A DNA stretch of 64,000 nt. Origin: Candidatus Bathyarchaeota archaeon. Lineage in GTDB: Archaea > Thermoproteota > Bathyarchaeia > Bathyarchaeales > Bathycorpusculaceae. Positions 53,099-63,240 of the stretch are shown here, piece by piece. Position numbers and translations under genes: made by a program. Under the pieces are notes generated by a model, which saw nothing but the letters and a program-made list of their open reading frames with translations, had not been told where the DNA came from and did no database searches. The DNA lies in the NCBI GenBank assembly GCA_963811105.1, contig CAWEPZ010000011.1:64001-128000 (forward strand), read 5' to 3'. The stretch's first letter is position 1. Each line of letters begins with the position of its first letter.

Positions 53099-53707
53099 GT
53101 GATTGGGTTGACTGCCTCTGAACAAAAATTGCGTTTTCTAATAGTCTTCGCTGTCATATACGGATTAGTGTTCATAAATTATATTGATATTATCTCTCCC
53201 GGAGGTTCAGAGAGTGGTTACCATTTATGGCTAACTTTAATGTATTTCTTGCCATTTATCGGTTTGTCAATATCTAATTTGAAGAACTGGAAGCTAACTG
53301 TCGCGTTGGGACTCATCGCTTCGCTCATGAATGACGTATTCTGCCTATTAGTTATGTATTTTATGGGTTTTCACGTCAATTTGGTTAGCAAATATTCCCT
53401 GTGGCTTATTCCTCAAAACACAGTGCTTTTCAATTTGAACTTAGGTTTTGCAGTTATACCCGTTGCATCCTGGATGATGGCTTTTTCTATTTACGCAAGA
53501 ATCGCAATAACATTCGTTATGCTAAAACGTTGGAACATTCCATTGACTAATCTTAAAATACCCCTGCATAGCGCAATAAGCAAGGAACCCTTCAAGAAAA
53601 TAGAGACACAATTCTTTTCTCTTTGTTATTCAATTACTCCAATGAGCCGCCGACTTTTCTTGTTTTTGCTAAGCATTCTATCAAAATATATCAACTTTAA
53701 CATTTAA
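53099..53707 (+). CDS. Multi-TM membrane protein
   Basis: Four hydrophobic segments; GYHLW and SLMND. Confidence 0.65.
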   Translation: MIGLTASEQKLRFLIVFAVIYGLVFINYIDIISPGGSESGYHLWLTLMYFLPFIGLSISNLKNWKLTVALGLIASLMNDVFCLLVMYFMGFHVNLVSKYSLWLIPQNTVLFNLNLGFAVIPVASWMMAFSIYARIAITFVMLKRWNIPLTNLKIPLHSAISKEPFKKIETQFFSLCYSITPMSRRLFLFLLSILSKYINFNI

Positions 53708-53977
53708 TATTGTACGAGTTATGTTGGAGTCATTTTTTCTTAGAATTGAGATATTAATCCAGAAGTAGTACCAAGTGAAATGCTAAGATATCTTTCAATT
53801 GCGTACGAGGTTGTCCTAAATTAGTAAAAAAAGTCATAACTCGCCTTTTTGGATCTTTGACATGTTTTCTGTTTTCATTCAGATTCCATGCTTTGGAACA
53901 CGATTTGAACGCAAAAAGATGGCTTTTTATTTCTTTTAACCAGTTTAGGGTTAAGGCAGCGTGCAATCCTGTTTTGG

Positions 53978-54181
53978 TTAGCTTGTATATTCCTGTTCAG
54001 GTGTTGGCACAAATACGAGTAGTTCTTTCTGAATAAGTAATTTTGGTTGTGGTATTGTTGTTTTTCTTTGGGATCCTGTCCAGCAAAGGCTCCAACCAAT
54101 GTACCAGAGAAAGACAGCTATTGGAAATAACAAGATGCGTGTTCTTCTTCTCCAACGTCGAGAATGGAACGTAAATTGCAT
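53978..54181 (-). CDS. 67-aa single-TM membrane protein
   Basis: LLFPIAVFLWYIGWSLCWTGS..FVPTPEQEY; paralog at 12547-12731. Confidence 0.7.
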   Translation of the reverse strand: MQFTFHSRRWRRRTRILLFPIAVFLWYIGWSLCWTGSQRKTTIPQPKLLIQKELLVFVPTPEQEYTS

Positions 54182-54183
54182 TT

Positions 54184-54369
54184 TTATTCATACCTCATAA
54201 GGTACAACGGTTTTTCTGCCTCTTTTCGCCATTTTTGCCGAGAAATGTACTTTGCGTTATTGATGTCCATAGCCATTCTCGATGTTTCTGGCCGTAATTC
54301 TTCTTGAAGGTTCAAGTAGAGTTCAGTGTCGTTTACGAGTTTTTCATATTTATTGGTTTGAGAACTCGT
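54184..54369 (-). CDS. ~61-aa protein, probable ACG start after GGAGGTGA
   Basis: SSQTNKYEKLVNDTELYLNLQEELRPETSRMAMDINNAKYISRQKWRKEAEKPLYLMRYE; 2 bp from the next gene. Confidence 0.55.
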   Translation of the reverse strand, partial: TSSQTNKYEKLVNDTELYLNLQEELRPETSRMAMDINNAKYISRQKWRKEAEKPLYLMRYE

Positions 54370-54405
54370 ATTTTCACCTCCGGTGGAAGTAAACTGGGCT
54401 TTCCG

Positions 54406-54618
54406 TAGACGCTTTTCTCTGTTGCATTTCGGAAAGAGTTTTTGAGGCTTTTTCCATGGAAATACCTTCAAGCTGGCGAATCTTGCTTTTCCGGAGAGAT
54501 GATCAGCTAGCGAGAATGAATTGTTTTAAGCACGATTCGCCTCTTGTTATAAACATTTGAATTAGAATTAACATATTAATACTATGAATTTGAAATTCAT
54601 GTTTTCAGCTAACCATGA
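54406..54618 (-). repeat. Copy 2 of the promoter + hairpin leader + gene-start unit
   Basis: See 45361-45570; stem ggcgaatcttgctt (54475) / aagcacgattcgcc (54528); palindrome at 54584-54600. Confidence 0.85.
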
Positions 54619-54843
54619 GGCGCGTGGAATCTGTGGATTTTCTGGAACTTTCCGTGAAATGTTTTGTAAGAGAGTTTGTTTCTCAGATTAATATATTATC
54701 TGATTGTGGAGTCCGTGTGATTATGGGTGAGCAAGTGAAGGTCGGTCTGCGTGGGCAGGTAGTTATCCCCAAAAAACTTCGGAACAAAACGAAAAAGATG
54801 AAAAATTGCAGGCAAGCCTCTCAAGGAAAGGAGCTATCTGAAG

Positions 54844-55092
54844 ATGGTTAGAAAAGACGGCGCTGAAGCGAGAAAGGAACGGATTGCAAAAATTGCAACT
54901 AATGTACAATCCGCTCTTTATCTAAACAAAGATTTGGGGTATATTTCTCTGAAGAAAACCGTCGCGAAGCAGGAACTGGAAACTGGGCTTACCAGAGAGA
55001 AAATAATGGAGTACCTTGCTCTCCTAGTAGAAGCGGATCAATTCGAAATAGACCATGAGAAAGACCAGATTAGGAAACTTTCGAGTGTATGA
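54844..55092 (+). CDS. Small winged-helix-like protein
   Basis: ETGLTREKIMEYLALL..QFEID; GGAG upstream. Confidence 0.65.
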   Translation: MVRKDGAEARKERIAKIATNVQSALYLNKDLGYISLKKTVAKQELETGLTREKIMEYLALLVEADQFEIDHEKDQIRKLSSV

Positions 55093-55373
55093 GTGTGTTG
55101 TTATGAGTGTAAATACTGTCGTATCAAGAAGAGATTCATTTTGCAGCAACCCAAAAAAGATGCAAATCAACAGCTCACAGACAAATACTATTATTTTGAA
55201 AAAACGAAGTTTTCTTTAGCTGAAAAGGATGAGAGTGCATATATGAGTATGAGTGTATGGAGTGAAAAGAAGAAAGAAGAAAAAAGAAAAAAGAAAACCC
55301 AGTATACATTCACACACAAACACACTCACACAAAACAGACTCCTCTCGGGTCAAGGCTCGGGTGTCAACGAAT

Positions 55374-55778
55374 TTATTTGGCCTGAAGGGTCGTGGATTT
55401 TTTTGTAAGATCCGCATACTTCTCCCTCCATTCTAACAATTCAGCCTCAAACCCACGATAATCGACGTATTGCGCTATGAGCTCCTGGTACACCTTCACG
55501 CCCTGGATGATGATGCGTAAACGCAAAACATCCGTCTTATCCAAATTCTGCGTTTCAAGCACTTTCAAGGCTGCAGCTAAAGTCTTGAGTCCTTCCTCAA
55601 TTGAAGGCAACTCAGGGGGCAAAACTAACTTATCAAAGGTAGATGATGATGGCGTGTTTTTTTCACTCCCATCATCATCTTCTAAGCCTAAGCGAGATGC
55701 TTTCATTTGTACAGAAGTGAGGCTTTTGCCCAGAAACTTTGCAATTGAACGCTTAGACTTTTTTTCTGTTAACAGTTC
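55374..55778 (-). pseudogene. 5'-truncated HTH protein interrupted by the IS91-like element
   Basis: ELLTEKKSKRSIAKFLGKSLTSVQMKASRLGL begins exactly at GAAC (55778-55775); upstream ORF residues come from element end DNA. Confidence 0.65.
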
Positions 55779-57018
55779 AAATGCAACAGCCTCTCCGACT
55801 ACAATTCCTAGACAAGTATCTCCTTCTCCTCCAATTGCTGAAACGCCGACTATAACAAGAAAGCGCCTTCGGCGCAAATTAAACTAAACACTACAAATCA
55901 AAATCCTCATCTTCGTCTCCATAAGGCCTGTATGCTGACACAAAATCCATGATTTGGCCGCATTTTGGGCACTTAACTACCTCTCTTTTAGTCTGAACAA
56001 CAGGTTTCTCCCTGCTCAGAGAGGTGAGCATTTTCTGGAGCTTAGCACTCGTCCGCCTAGAATACAAACCATAATACCGAATCAACTTAAGGTTCTTATC
56101 CGCAATAAGCTTAACCAAACGATCAATAAACTCCAAAGCCCCAAGCGCAACAAACCTCTTAACCCCATCCTCCACAAACCAGTACGTAACCATGTTAGTC
56201 TCAACATTAAACTCTGAAATACGCGACTCAGCAATAGCCGGATGACGCAAATAACGACCAATATACCTAGCAATATTACGTGGCTTAGTCACTCTACGCT
56301 TCGCATAAACGTAAAACCCCTCCTTATGCTCCTTAAACAAACTATCAATAAGACAGCTATTCTCCCATGTCTTAGGCAACTCCCACTTAACCATCGTAAG
56401 CAGCTGATACTGCCAAATACGCCGCAGTGCCCCATACTCCAGAAAAGACACAGACACCCACTCACCCTTCTTGGTCAACCCGCCTTCAGTAGCTAAAACA
56501 TGCACATGCGGATTCAAATCCAAATTCTTCCCATAAGGATGAAGCACACATACAACTCCAGGCACCGCACCGTGCCTCTGCTTAATCATCTGCTGAACCG
56601 TGTTACTTACAGCGTCCATAAGCACCTTCAGAAGACTATGATTCGCATCCAAGATGCTTCTTAACTCTTCAGGAACAGTGAACACTATATGCCGATGGGA
56701 CACAGCATACAATGTCTGAGCAAGCTGGTCAGCCCACTGGTCAGCGTACTTCTTTCCACACTGCGGGCAGATACGACTCTTACAAGCAAGCGGAATAGTT
56801 TTGGTGGCGCCACAATCCGGGCACTTGTAAGTTAAAAAGCCATACTTTGGGTCTCGACAATGGAGCATCTTCTCCACTTCATCAATCTTGTACTGTGACA
56901 GGTTTGGGTTCATGGCCTTATACTGTTCCCAATTCTGTTCAATCCTAAAGACACTTTTAATGTGGACTTTGGTGGCCGCTGCCCTTTCTATAGGTCAGCG
57001 GCCCAATTATATAAATTC
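55779..57018 (-). mobile_element. IS91-like rolling-circle (HUH) insertion element; ends inferred
   Basis: Y2 transposase; downstream end abuts GAAC; hairpin gcgcc-ttc-ggcgc at 55863-55875; ccgacta(c/t)aa repeats at 55795 and 55846; upstream hairpin ggccgctg/cagcggcc at 56974-57003; no TSD or terminal IR seen. Confidence 0.7.
55891..56913 (-). CDS. IS91-family transposase (Zn-binding domain plus Y2 domain)
   Basis: CPDC..ACKSRICPQCG, HIVFTVP, NPHVHVL (HUH), YIGRY (Y2) and RYYGLYS. The frame is open upstream to about 56990 without ATG. Confidence 0.92.
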   Translation of the reverse strand: MNPNLSQYKIDEVEKMLHCRDPKYGFLTYKCPDCGATKTIPLACKSRICPQCGKKYADQWADQLAQTLYAVSHRHIVFTVPEELRSILDANHSLLKVLMDAVSNTVQQMIKQRHGAVPGVVCVLHPYGKNLDLNPHVHVLATEGGLTKKGEWVSVSFLEYGALRRIWQYQLLTMVKWELPKTWENSCLIDSLFKEHKEGFYVYAKRRVTKPRNIARYIGRYLRHPAIAESRISEFNVETNMVTYWFVEDGVKRFVALGALEFIDRLVKLIADKNLKLIRYYGLYSRRTSAKLQKMLTSLSREKPVVQTKREVVKCPKCGQIMDFVSAYRPYGDEDEDFDL

Positions 57019-57280
57019 GTTAACGACAAGAAACTAAATATTGAAAATGGAATAATATTAGAAATCGAAGAAAACAACTGAGGGCCTACTCCTAAAGCCC
57101 TGCAACCGTGTAGCAGAGTTGAAAGGAATTGGAAAAAATGTTTTCGGGGAATGTCTAATAGAAGAAGATGGCGTGTTTTTTTGCGTTTTGTAGAGGGCTT
57201 TGTTTTGGGTTGCTTTTTTAGTTTAGCGTTTGCAGCGTTTGTTGATTGCGTCAAGATAAGTCACAGCAAGTCGCCACCCG

Positions 57281-57316
57281 GCTAGGAAAGGTTGAACAGC
57301 TAGGAAAGGTTGAACA
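57281..57316 (+). repeat. Perfect 18-bp tandem duplication
   Basis: gctaggaaaggttgaaca x2. Confidence 0.9.
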
Positions 57317-57469
57317 AGCCACAAGTCAGCCTAGCTGCCGTATTTGAAGGTATAGTGGGTTTGTTTGTCTTGTTTATCCTGGTGCTTGATAAATCCAGTA
57401 AAGCCTGTTTGGCTCATACAGTCCCTGAATAGTTTTTGACGCTGACTTGGCGTTAGGTCTATAAAGATA

Positions 57470-57824
57470 AGGCGTAACTTCCTCGGCAGGTGCGAGAAAA
57501 ACTGGGGTTAGTTGACGGCGACGTGTTACATATTGAGGTAGTTGAAAGGGGCGTTGCAAGATTGAGTGCTGCACCAAGGAGCGGTGCTGCCAAACGAGCG
57601 CACCCGTTGAGGTTTTCAAGTAAGCAAAAGAATTCAAATTGTCTAAGGCTGAAATTTTCGATTGTGTCTTGGCTGTGACTGCTAAGGAGAACGATATAGA
57701 GACCATCAAAGTAGTCATTCCACAAAACATACGCAAGAAATTAGGCATAGGACCAAAAACCAAACTATTCATTTACGGCTATCAAGATGCAGCTAATATG
57801 AAAAACTTGAAGCCCCAAACATAA
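57470..57824 (+). pseudogene. Fragments of AbrB/MazE antitoxins and a PIN toxin
   Basis: PRQVREKLGLVDGDVLHIEV; AEIFDCVLAVTAKEN; VVIPQNIRKKLGIGPKTKL. Another AbrB start, MGEQVKVGLRGQVVIPKKLR, is at 54723. Confidence 0.6.
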
Positions 57825-57919
57825 CTAAAGAGCTATAGAACTTGTACAAACAAAAACATCCGATACTGGAACAATCCCGCCCTCGGGTAACATTATATTT
57901 TCATTTGGATGGCACATCA

Positions 57920-58213
57920 TTATTAACCGTAACTCGCTATTTTGACCCACAGAGTTAAAGAAGTGCTTTCCGATATACTTGTGTTGAAATTATTTGGGCA
58001 TTTAGAGCTTGATTTGGGCAGTTGGAATTATGTATAGCTTACAAAGATTCAAAGTTTGTAACCCATATGTAACCCATAGGCGAAACGAAATCATTTGACA
58101 ACGCGAATTCTCCAAATCAAAGCGTTACCCTCGATTAAGCCCTTTATAGAACCTCCCAAAAACATTTTCAGCAACGCCTATGGGTTACACTTGCGGAGTT
58201 ACGGTTATTAATA
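57920..58213. repeat. Nested inverted repeats
   Basis: Inner perfect 15-bp IR tgtaacccataggcg (58068) / cgcctatgggttaca (58175); outer taaccgtaactc (57924) / gagttacggtta (58196); extra tgtaacccata at 58057. Confidence 0.8.
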
Positions 58214-58231
58214 GAAAAAAACCCCCTTACT

Positions 58232-59206
58232 CTAATTAAGTTCATTCAGAAGATTGCTCAAAGTCTCAGTTTCGAGATTCGGATCTGTTATTATATGAAA
58301 GCCGTATGGAATCTCTTCTAGATTTTTTAGATTTCTGATAAATTTATTTAAATTGATAAATTTAATATGTTTTTGATTACCAATTAAACAATTGTTAAAG
58401 CATCTTCTGATGTAGATAGCATTACGATACCCTGACTTTTCAAGATAAACAAGTATGTCTAAAATTGCTTGTTTACCTATCTCTTTGTGAATTTCAATAA
58501 ATATTAAAGGCTTGAAATTCTGAATTGTTTTCTGCCAACCTTTACTAATCAACAATTCAGAACCCTCAACGTCCATCCTAAGAAAATCGACTTTAGCAAG
58601 AGATAGACAAGATACTAAACTATCTAATGTTAGAGTTGGCACTTTGATTGTATTCAGACTAGCGGTATTCACTGATTGTATTTGACTAAGATTGCTTCTT
58701 TTTTTAATTTCAAAAAAGCATTCCCCATTTACATCGGAGATTGCTATATTCTTCATACAATAACTAAGGTGATTAGCTTCCAAATTCTTTCTCAAATACG
58801 GAATTGTTTTAGGGGATGGCTCGACGACTATTAATTTCCCGTCTTTTCCTATAGCCTTGCCTTCTATCAAGGCATAAAAACCAAGATTTGAACCGATATC
58901 GATACAGGTCATACTTTTTTTAATCATTTTAGTGATAATAGCTGCAGAAAGTGGTTCATGATTGCCAAACACTCGTAGTTCAGCAGATATACCATAATCT
59001 CCTGGTATAGTATGTACGCTAAAATTGTTAATACTCAATGGCTTGGCAGTACCAAAACCACGAATCGCGATTACAGACCAGAAATATATTTCAACAATTA
59101 ATCCTCTAACAGTGGAAATAACGCCATTCTTTGAACAAAAAGAAAAATAATTGCGAAAATGGGACCAAAAATCAAAGGCTGACAACTGGTATTCCTTAAT
59201 TTTCAA
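58232..59206 (-). CDS. FkbM-family methyltransferase
   Basis: IDIGSNLGFY, VEPSP, TLTLD, FLRMDVEGSE and PLIFIEIH. Confidence 0.9.
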   Translation of the reverse strand: MKIKEYQLSAFDFWSHFRNYFSFCSKNGVISTVRGLIVEIYFWSVIAIRGFGTAKPLSINNFSVHTIPGDYGISAELRVFGNHEPLSAAIITKMIKKSMTCIDIGSNLGFYALIEGKAIGKDGKLIVVEPSPKTIPYLRKNLEANHLSYCMKNIAISDVNGECFFEIKKRSNLSQIQSVNTASLNTIKVPTLTLDSLVSCLSLAKVDFLRMDVEGSELLISKGWQKTIQNFKPLIFIEIHKEIGKQAILDILVYLEKSGYRNAIYIRRCFNNCLIGNQKHIKFINLNKFIRNLKNLEEIPYGFHIITDPNLETETLSNLLNELN

Positions 59207-59359
59207 TTTTTACAGGACCTTTCGAGAGATTATTTTAAGTTCGATCTCATAAAAATGTTTGGGCAATAAATAGGAATTCATTGGAGAAAAATATAGTTAA
59301 ATTATTTTGTGAGTGATTTGATGACTCAGAGCATAAAAGGTTTGACGCTTGATCATTTG

Positions 59360-61162
59360 TTACTTTACCTCGGGATAAAATACCTTGTTATTCCCATTAT
59401 TGTAGACTAGGTTCGAATTTGCATATAATTTTTCTTCTACACGTATCCAGTTATGACTGGATGGCGATATTCCAAAAAGGTTTTCCATTACCGCATACAT
59501 TCTGGGTGTCCATAAATAAACAGTTTGGCTTCCAGAAGTGAGAAAAGAGGTTGCGACATAATCGATTCTACTGAAAGCGCTACTTTCATTTGCTCCAACA
59601 TTTATGTAGGTTTCTTCCCGTTCGTTAACGTAAAAAGCATTAGGGAAATAGTATAAGTTTAGCCCATAATTATCTTGAACTGAAGAAAAAAGCGTTAAGC
59701 CATTCCCATATGGATATGAAGCAAATACAAATGAAAAAGCTTGTTGGCTTGAAGTTGGGTCAATGACTTGATCCTCTGCCTTGTGATTAATTAAGAAAGT
59801 TGGAAACGATAGTATCAAGATGACTATAATCAATATTGTTAGTGATATTTTTCGTTTCCTACCTGAAAAGGAAATGAAGACGCCAATCATCAAGGGAATT
59901 GAGAAAAATGGCACGTAAATCATTAACCTATAAATCAATTGAAAACCTCCAAGCAACCCAAATCCACCTATAATTCCTCCTAACAGAGCAGTTATTAGAC
60001 CACCTGTTAACCAAGCGTTTTCTAATGTCATCGGAAAATGAAACAGACCTTTTAGAATTTTTTTCGAAGAAACAATTAATGCAAACAGAATAGCTAACAC
60101 AACCCAGAAAAGTTGGGTGAATGTTCCCCATAAAGGAGTGGATTGCAGGCCAGTTGAAGCAATACGAATTGGGTTGAACAGAGTAGATAAAAAGGCAGAT
60201 GCTGGATTATTTAACAAGTTTTGAATTTGATTAGTAAATAAACCGATAAACACACTTAATTGTGAAAAGCTGATATAAATATTTAGCATAAGAAAAATAG
60301 TTCCAAATAATAATAAAACACGTGTTGGTCTACGCCTTAGAAGCGTGAAGACAAAAATGAACAATAAAAACAAGGCAGAAGCAGGAAAATACGTTAACGT
60401 TAAAACCGAAAATACCATTCCGATAAGTAATAACCATCTTGTTGAGGCCATTTGTTTAGAGCTAACAAAGAACAATAAGATAGCAAATAGGGGGAAACTA
60501 AACACGCCGCCCCATAATAATGAAAGATCAGCTGAAAGAGTCTGGTTTGCAGTTATTAATAATATAACGCATAACCATGCGCAACCCCAATTATTTGAGA
60601 TCTTCTTAAATGCAAGGAGCATGAATAAACCAAAAATAGAAGAGAAGAGTAGCAAAAGAAGAGTTTGCGAAACAAACAAATCGGTACCCAAGACAAGACA
60701 AATAGGACCAAGTAGAACGTTAAGAGCTGGATACCCGCGATAAAAAAAATTGTTATTTAGAAAGCCAAGGTGTCCTGTCTGCAATAAAGAGTGCGTTTCG
60801 CTAACTGTATATTGGTTATAGGTGTTCCCACCAGTAAATTTTGTCCAAAATCCCAAAAAAACTAAAGCATAAATGCAAACACTAAGGGCGTACAGCACAG
60901 GATTCGAGTATTTCTTTCCCAAAAAAGCGGTAAGGAAAATAAAGATGATCCAGCAAGCAAATAACATTAAAAATAATGTTAAGTAAGGTATTAAGGCTAA
61001 CGATGAAATTGAATTAGTATTATCTGCTATTTTGTTTACAGGAAAAAGAAAGATTGCTACTGTCAAAATAACAAGTGTAATTACCACAATGCTACTTATG
61101 AATAAACGAGTGAAACAAATATGCCCTGTTTTAGATTTTGGGGGTTCTATCTCGCCTATCAT
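59360..61162 (-). CDS. Polytopic membrane protein, GT-C/polymerase-like
   Basis: About 14 TMs; YRGYPA loop; C-terminal NLVYNNG like that of 34903-36528. Confidence 0.7.
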   Translation of the reverse strand: MIGEIEPPKSKTGHICFTRLFISSIVVITLVILTVAIFLFPVNKIADNTNSISSLALIPYLTLFLMLFACWIIFIFLTAFLGKKYSNPVLYALSVCIYALVFLGFWTKFTGGNTYNQYTVSETHSLLQTGHLGFLNNNFFYRGYPALNVLLGPICLVLGTDLFVSQTLLLLLFSSIFGLFMLLAFKKISNNWGCAWLCVILLITANQTLSADLSLLWGGVFSFPLFAILLFFVSSKQMASTRWLLLIGMVFSVLTLTYFPASALFLLFIFVFTLLRRRPTRVLLLFGTIFLMLNIYISFSQLSVFIGLFTNQIQNLLNNPASAFLSTLFNPIRIASTGLQSTPLWGTFTQLFWVVLAILFALIVSSKKILKGLFHFPMTLENAWLTGGLITALLGGIIGGFGLLGGFQLIYRLMIYVPFFSIPLMIGVFISFSGRKRKISLTILIIVILILSFPTFLINHKAEDQVIDPTSSQQAFSFVFASYPYGNGLTLFSSVQDNYGLNLYYFPNAFYVNEREETYINVGANESSAFSRIDYVATSFLTSGSQTVYLWTPRMYAVMENLFGISPSSHNWIRVEEKLYANSNLVYNNGNNKVFYPEVK

Positions 61163-61171
61163 TAAGTTATC

Positions 61172-62248
61172 CTATATAATTTCCGAAAAAAGGCTGTAAT
61201 TATTTTTCATTACAGGCAACTCTTTTAAATTGATAGCTTTTCCTTCATTTAGGCTAATCTTTGCCGCTTCTGAAACAGCAACATTTCGTAAAGCGTCAAC
61301 CAAAGTTACCGGTGGCTTCCTGTTTTCTGTTATACTTTTTATAAAGTCATGAATAAGAGGCGCGTGATTGCCATAGCCTCCCTTGAAAATAACACCCGTC
61401 CTAATATTTCTAAAATTTGTTCTAGTAATCCCAACATGTTCTTTCAATTGATGATAAGGCGTTACAGTTCCATGGCGCTCAACAAGCTGACTAAGATTTA
61501 CGTTAAGCAAGATATCACCTGCAGAACCCATTATCCCTACCTCAAATTTAGTACTTCCAGCAAGCCATGACATGCTGATTGTAGACGTTGAACCGTTTTC
61601 ATAAGCAATTATCATGTGAAGATGCGTTACACACCTAGCTTTCCCCAATGCACCACTAAAACAAAAAACGGTTTTAGGATTGCTCGACATAAACCAGTTT
61701 GTCATGTCGACTGAATGAGGACCATAGTCATCTAGAATGCCCCAGTTTTCATAAACCCAAGCTTGTGTAGGCGAAACCGGGGGGGGCTGTACATGGGAGA
61801 TTGTGTTAATACCAAGTATCTTACCTAGCTTACCATCCACCACTTGTTTTTTTGTAGCCAAACATGCAGGATAATATCTGTAATTCTGAACTAAGCATAC
61901 TTTGCGATCGACTTTTTTGCTTGCTCTAGCTATTTCAAAAGCATCGCTTAAATCAAGCGTGAATGGTTTTTCAACAAGAACGTGCTTTCTAGCTTCTAAA
62001 GCGCTTAATACCGCTTTGGTATGCATTTGGGGAGGAAGGCAAATGATAACTAAATCGATATCTTCATCAAACATTTTGTTGTAATCATTGAATAGTTTAA
62101 CTTCGAGGTGTAATTTCTTTTTAGCTTGATCGAGACTCGCTTGGTTTATGTCAGCCACAGCCACTATTTTTGCTTCTTCTATGGTTTTTATCGCGGGTAT
62201 ATGAGCATTAGTCGCGATGTGTCCAAGTCCTATAATGCCAATATTCAT
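61172..62248 (-). CDS. Gfo/Idh/MocA-family oxidoreductase
   Basis: IGIIGLGHI, KHVLVEKP, NYRY and GILDDYGPHSVD. Confidence 0.92.
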   Translation of the reverse strand: MNIGIIGLGHIATNAHIPAIKTIEEAKIVAVADINQASLDQAKKKLHLEVKLFNDYNKMFDEDIDLVIICLPPQMHTKAVLSALEARKHVLVEKPFTLDLSDAFEIARASKKVDRKVCLVQNYRYYPACLATKKQVVDGKLGKILGINTISHVQPPPVSPTQAWVYENWGILDDYGPHSVDMTNWFMSSNPKTVFCFSGALGKARCVTHLHMIIAYENGSTSTISMSWLAGSTKFEVGIMGSAGDILLNVNLSQLVERHGTVTPYHQLKEHVGITRTNFRNIRTGVIFKGGYGNHAPLIHDFIKSITENRKPPVTLVDALRNVAVSEAAKISLNEGKAINLKELPVMKNNYSLFSEII

Positions 62249-62263
62249 GCAATTTACCTTTTT

Positions 62264-63147
62264 CTATGCTTTTTTCCTTGATCGACTTGCCATAACGGTG
62301 CCGAGCTGGAGGACGAAGCTTTCCATTGACCCAAAGTGTGAATCAACTTTAGGATTAAGAACGTCACCGCTTAAAGTATAGTTCATTGAGCCTATCTTTT
62401 CTTTCTGACACATCTTTATGTGCTTAACAAAAAAGGGGTGAAAACCCAATATTTTGGCACATAAACTGTCGCAAGACACAGGATCTTTTGATGAAAGTAT
62501 AATGCCAGCATTAATAGGGATTCCGTAACCAGGGCCTTGAGCGCCAGTAAGAGCGATTATACCGTCTACAATTGATAGGTTTGGTTTGAAATAATTATTA
62601 GCTTGCACAATCGCTTCATCTAGATTTTTATGATACCTTACTTTTCGCTGATACGGAATGCATCCGAACTGATTCTTTAACACACACGATATTTTAGTTA
62701 TTGAGTGAGTCTTTAATTTGGACAAAGAAATAAAGTAGCTGTCATTATAGATATCTGGAATTTTTTGCCCCTTCAGAATTCCTTTTTCTATCGTTTTTGT
62801 CGCATCAGTTGTGCTTAGGTTCACAAAGCGTGCATTCCATTTTGCAAGAATTTCCGTAAAACCGAACCACTCAATAAAAGGTCAGGTAGCGAAGCTGTCG
62901 CATTGCTTTCAACTATCGCTATTTCGCCTTTATACTCAAGATTTGTTCTAAGCCAATTCAGGAATGCGTCTAAGAAAAGCGGGTGGGTAATAGCACCTGT
63001 TTCAGGTCCTCTTAACCCACAAAGATTTATTTTAACTAAAATACGTTTGGAATCTATCTTATCAAGGTGAACGAGGCCCATTAGTCTGTCTATGCTTTGG
63101 CTCATGCCGTCATAGTCGGCTTGTTTAACAATAGCTACTTTGCTCAT
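62264..63147 (-). CDS. DUF362 protein (frameshift near 62850)
   Basis: ILVKINL, THP, LSKLKTH, LKNQFG, IVDGI, GPGYG and DPVSCD. Confidence 0.85.
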
Positions 63148-63240
63148 GATTTCACAATGCAGAGTATTGAGCGAAGTGTGTGTATCCTAAATACTTTTGG
63201 ATCGAACTTATTTAACATTTGATCGTTCGCCATTTGCTTC

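Noticed and set aside
55093-55386. 97-aa ORF and CA/GT-rich stretch
   Set aside because: Low complexity with no protein-like motif; probably intergenic between convergent genes.
55779-55795. GAGGCTGTTGCA as an IS1182/IS5-type terminal inverted repeat
   Set aside because: No partner IR or DDE transposase was found; it is better explained as the IS91-like ori end.
57281-57316. CRISPR array
   Set aside because: Only two abutting 18-mers with no spacer; no cas genes or arrays were seen in the window.
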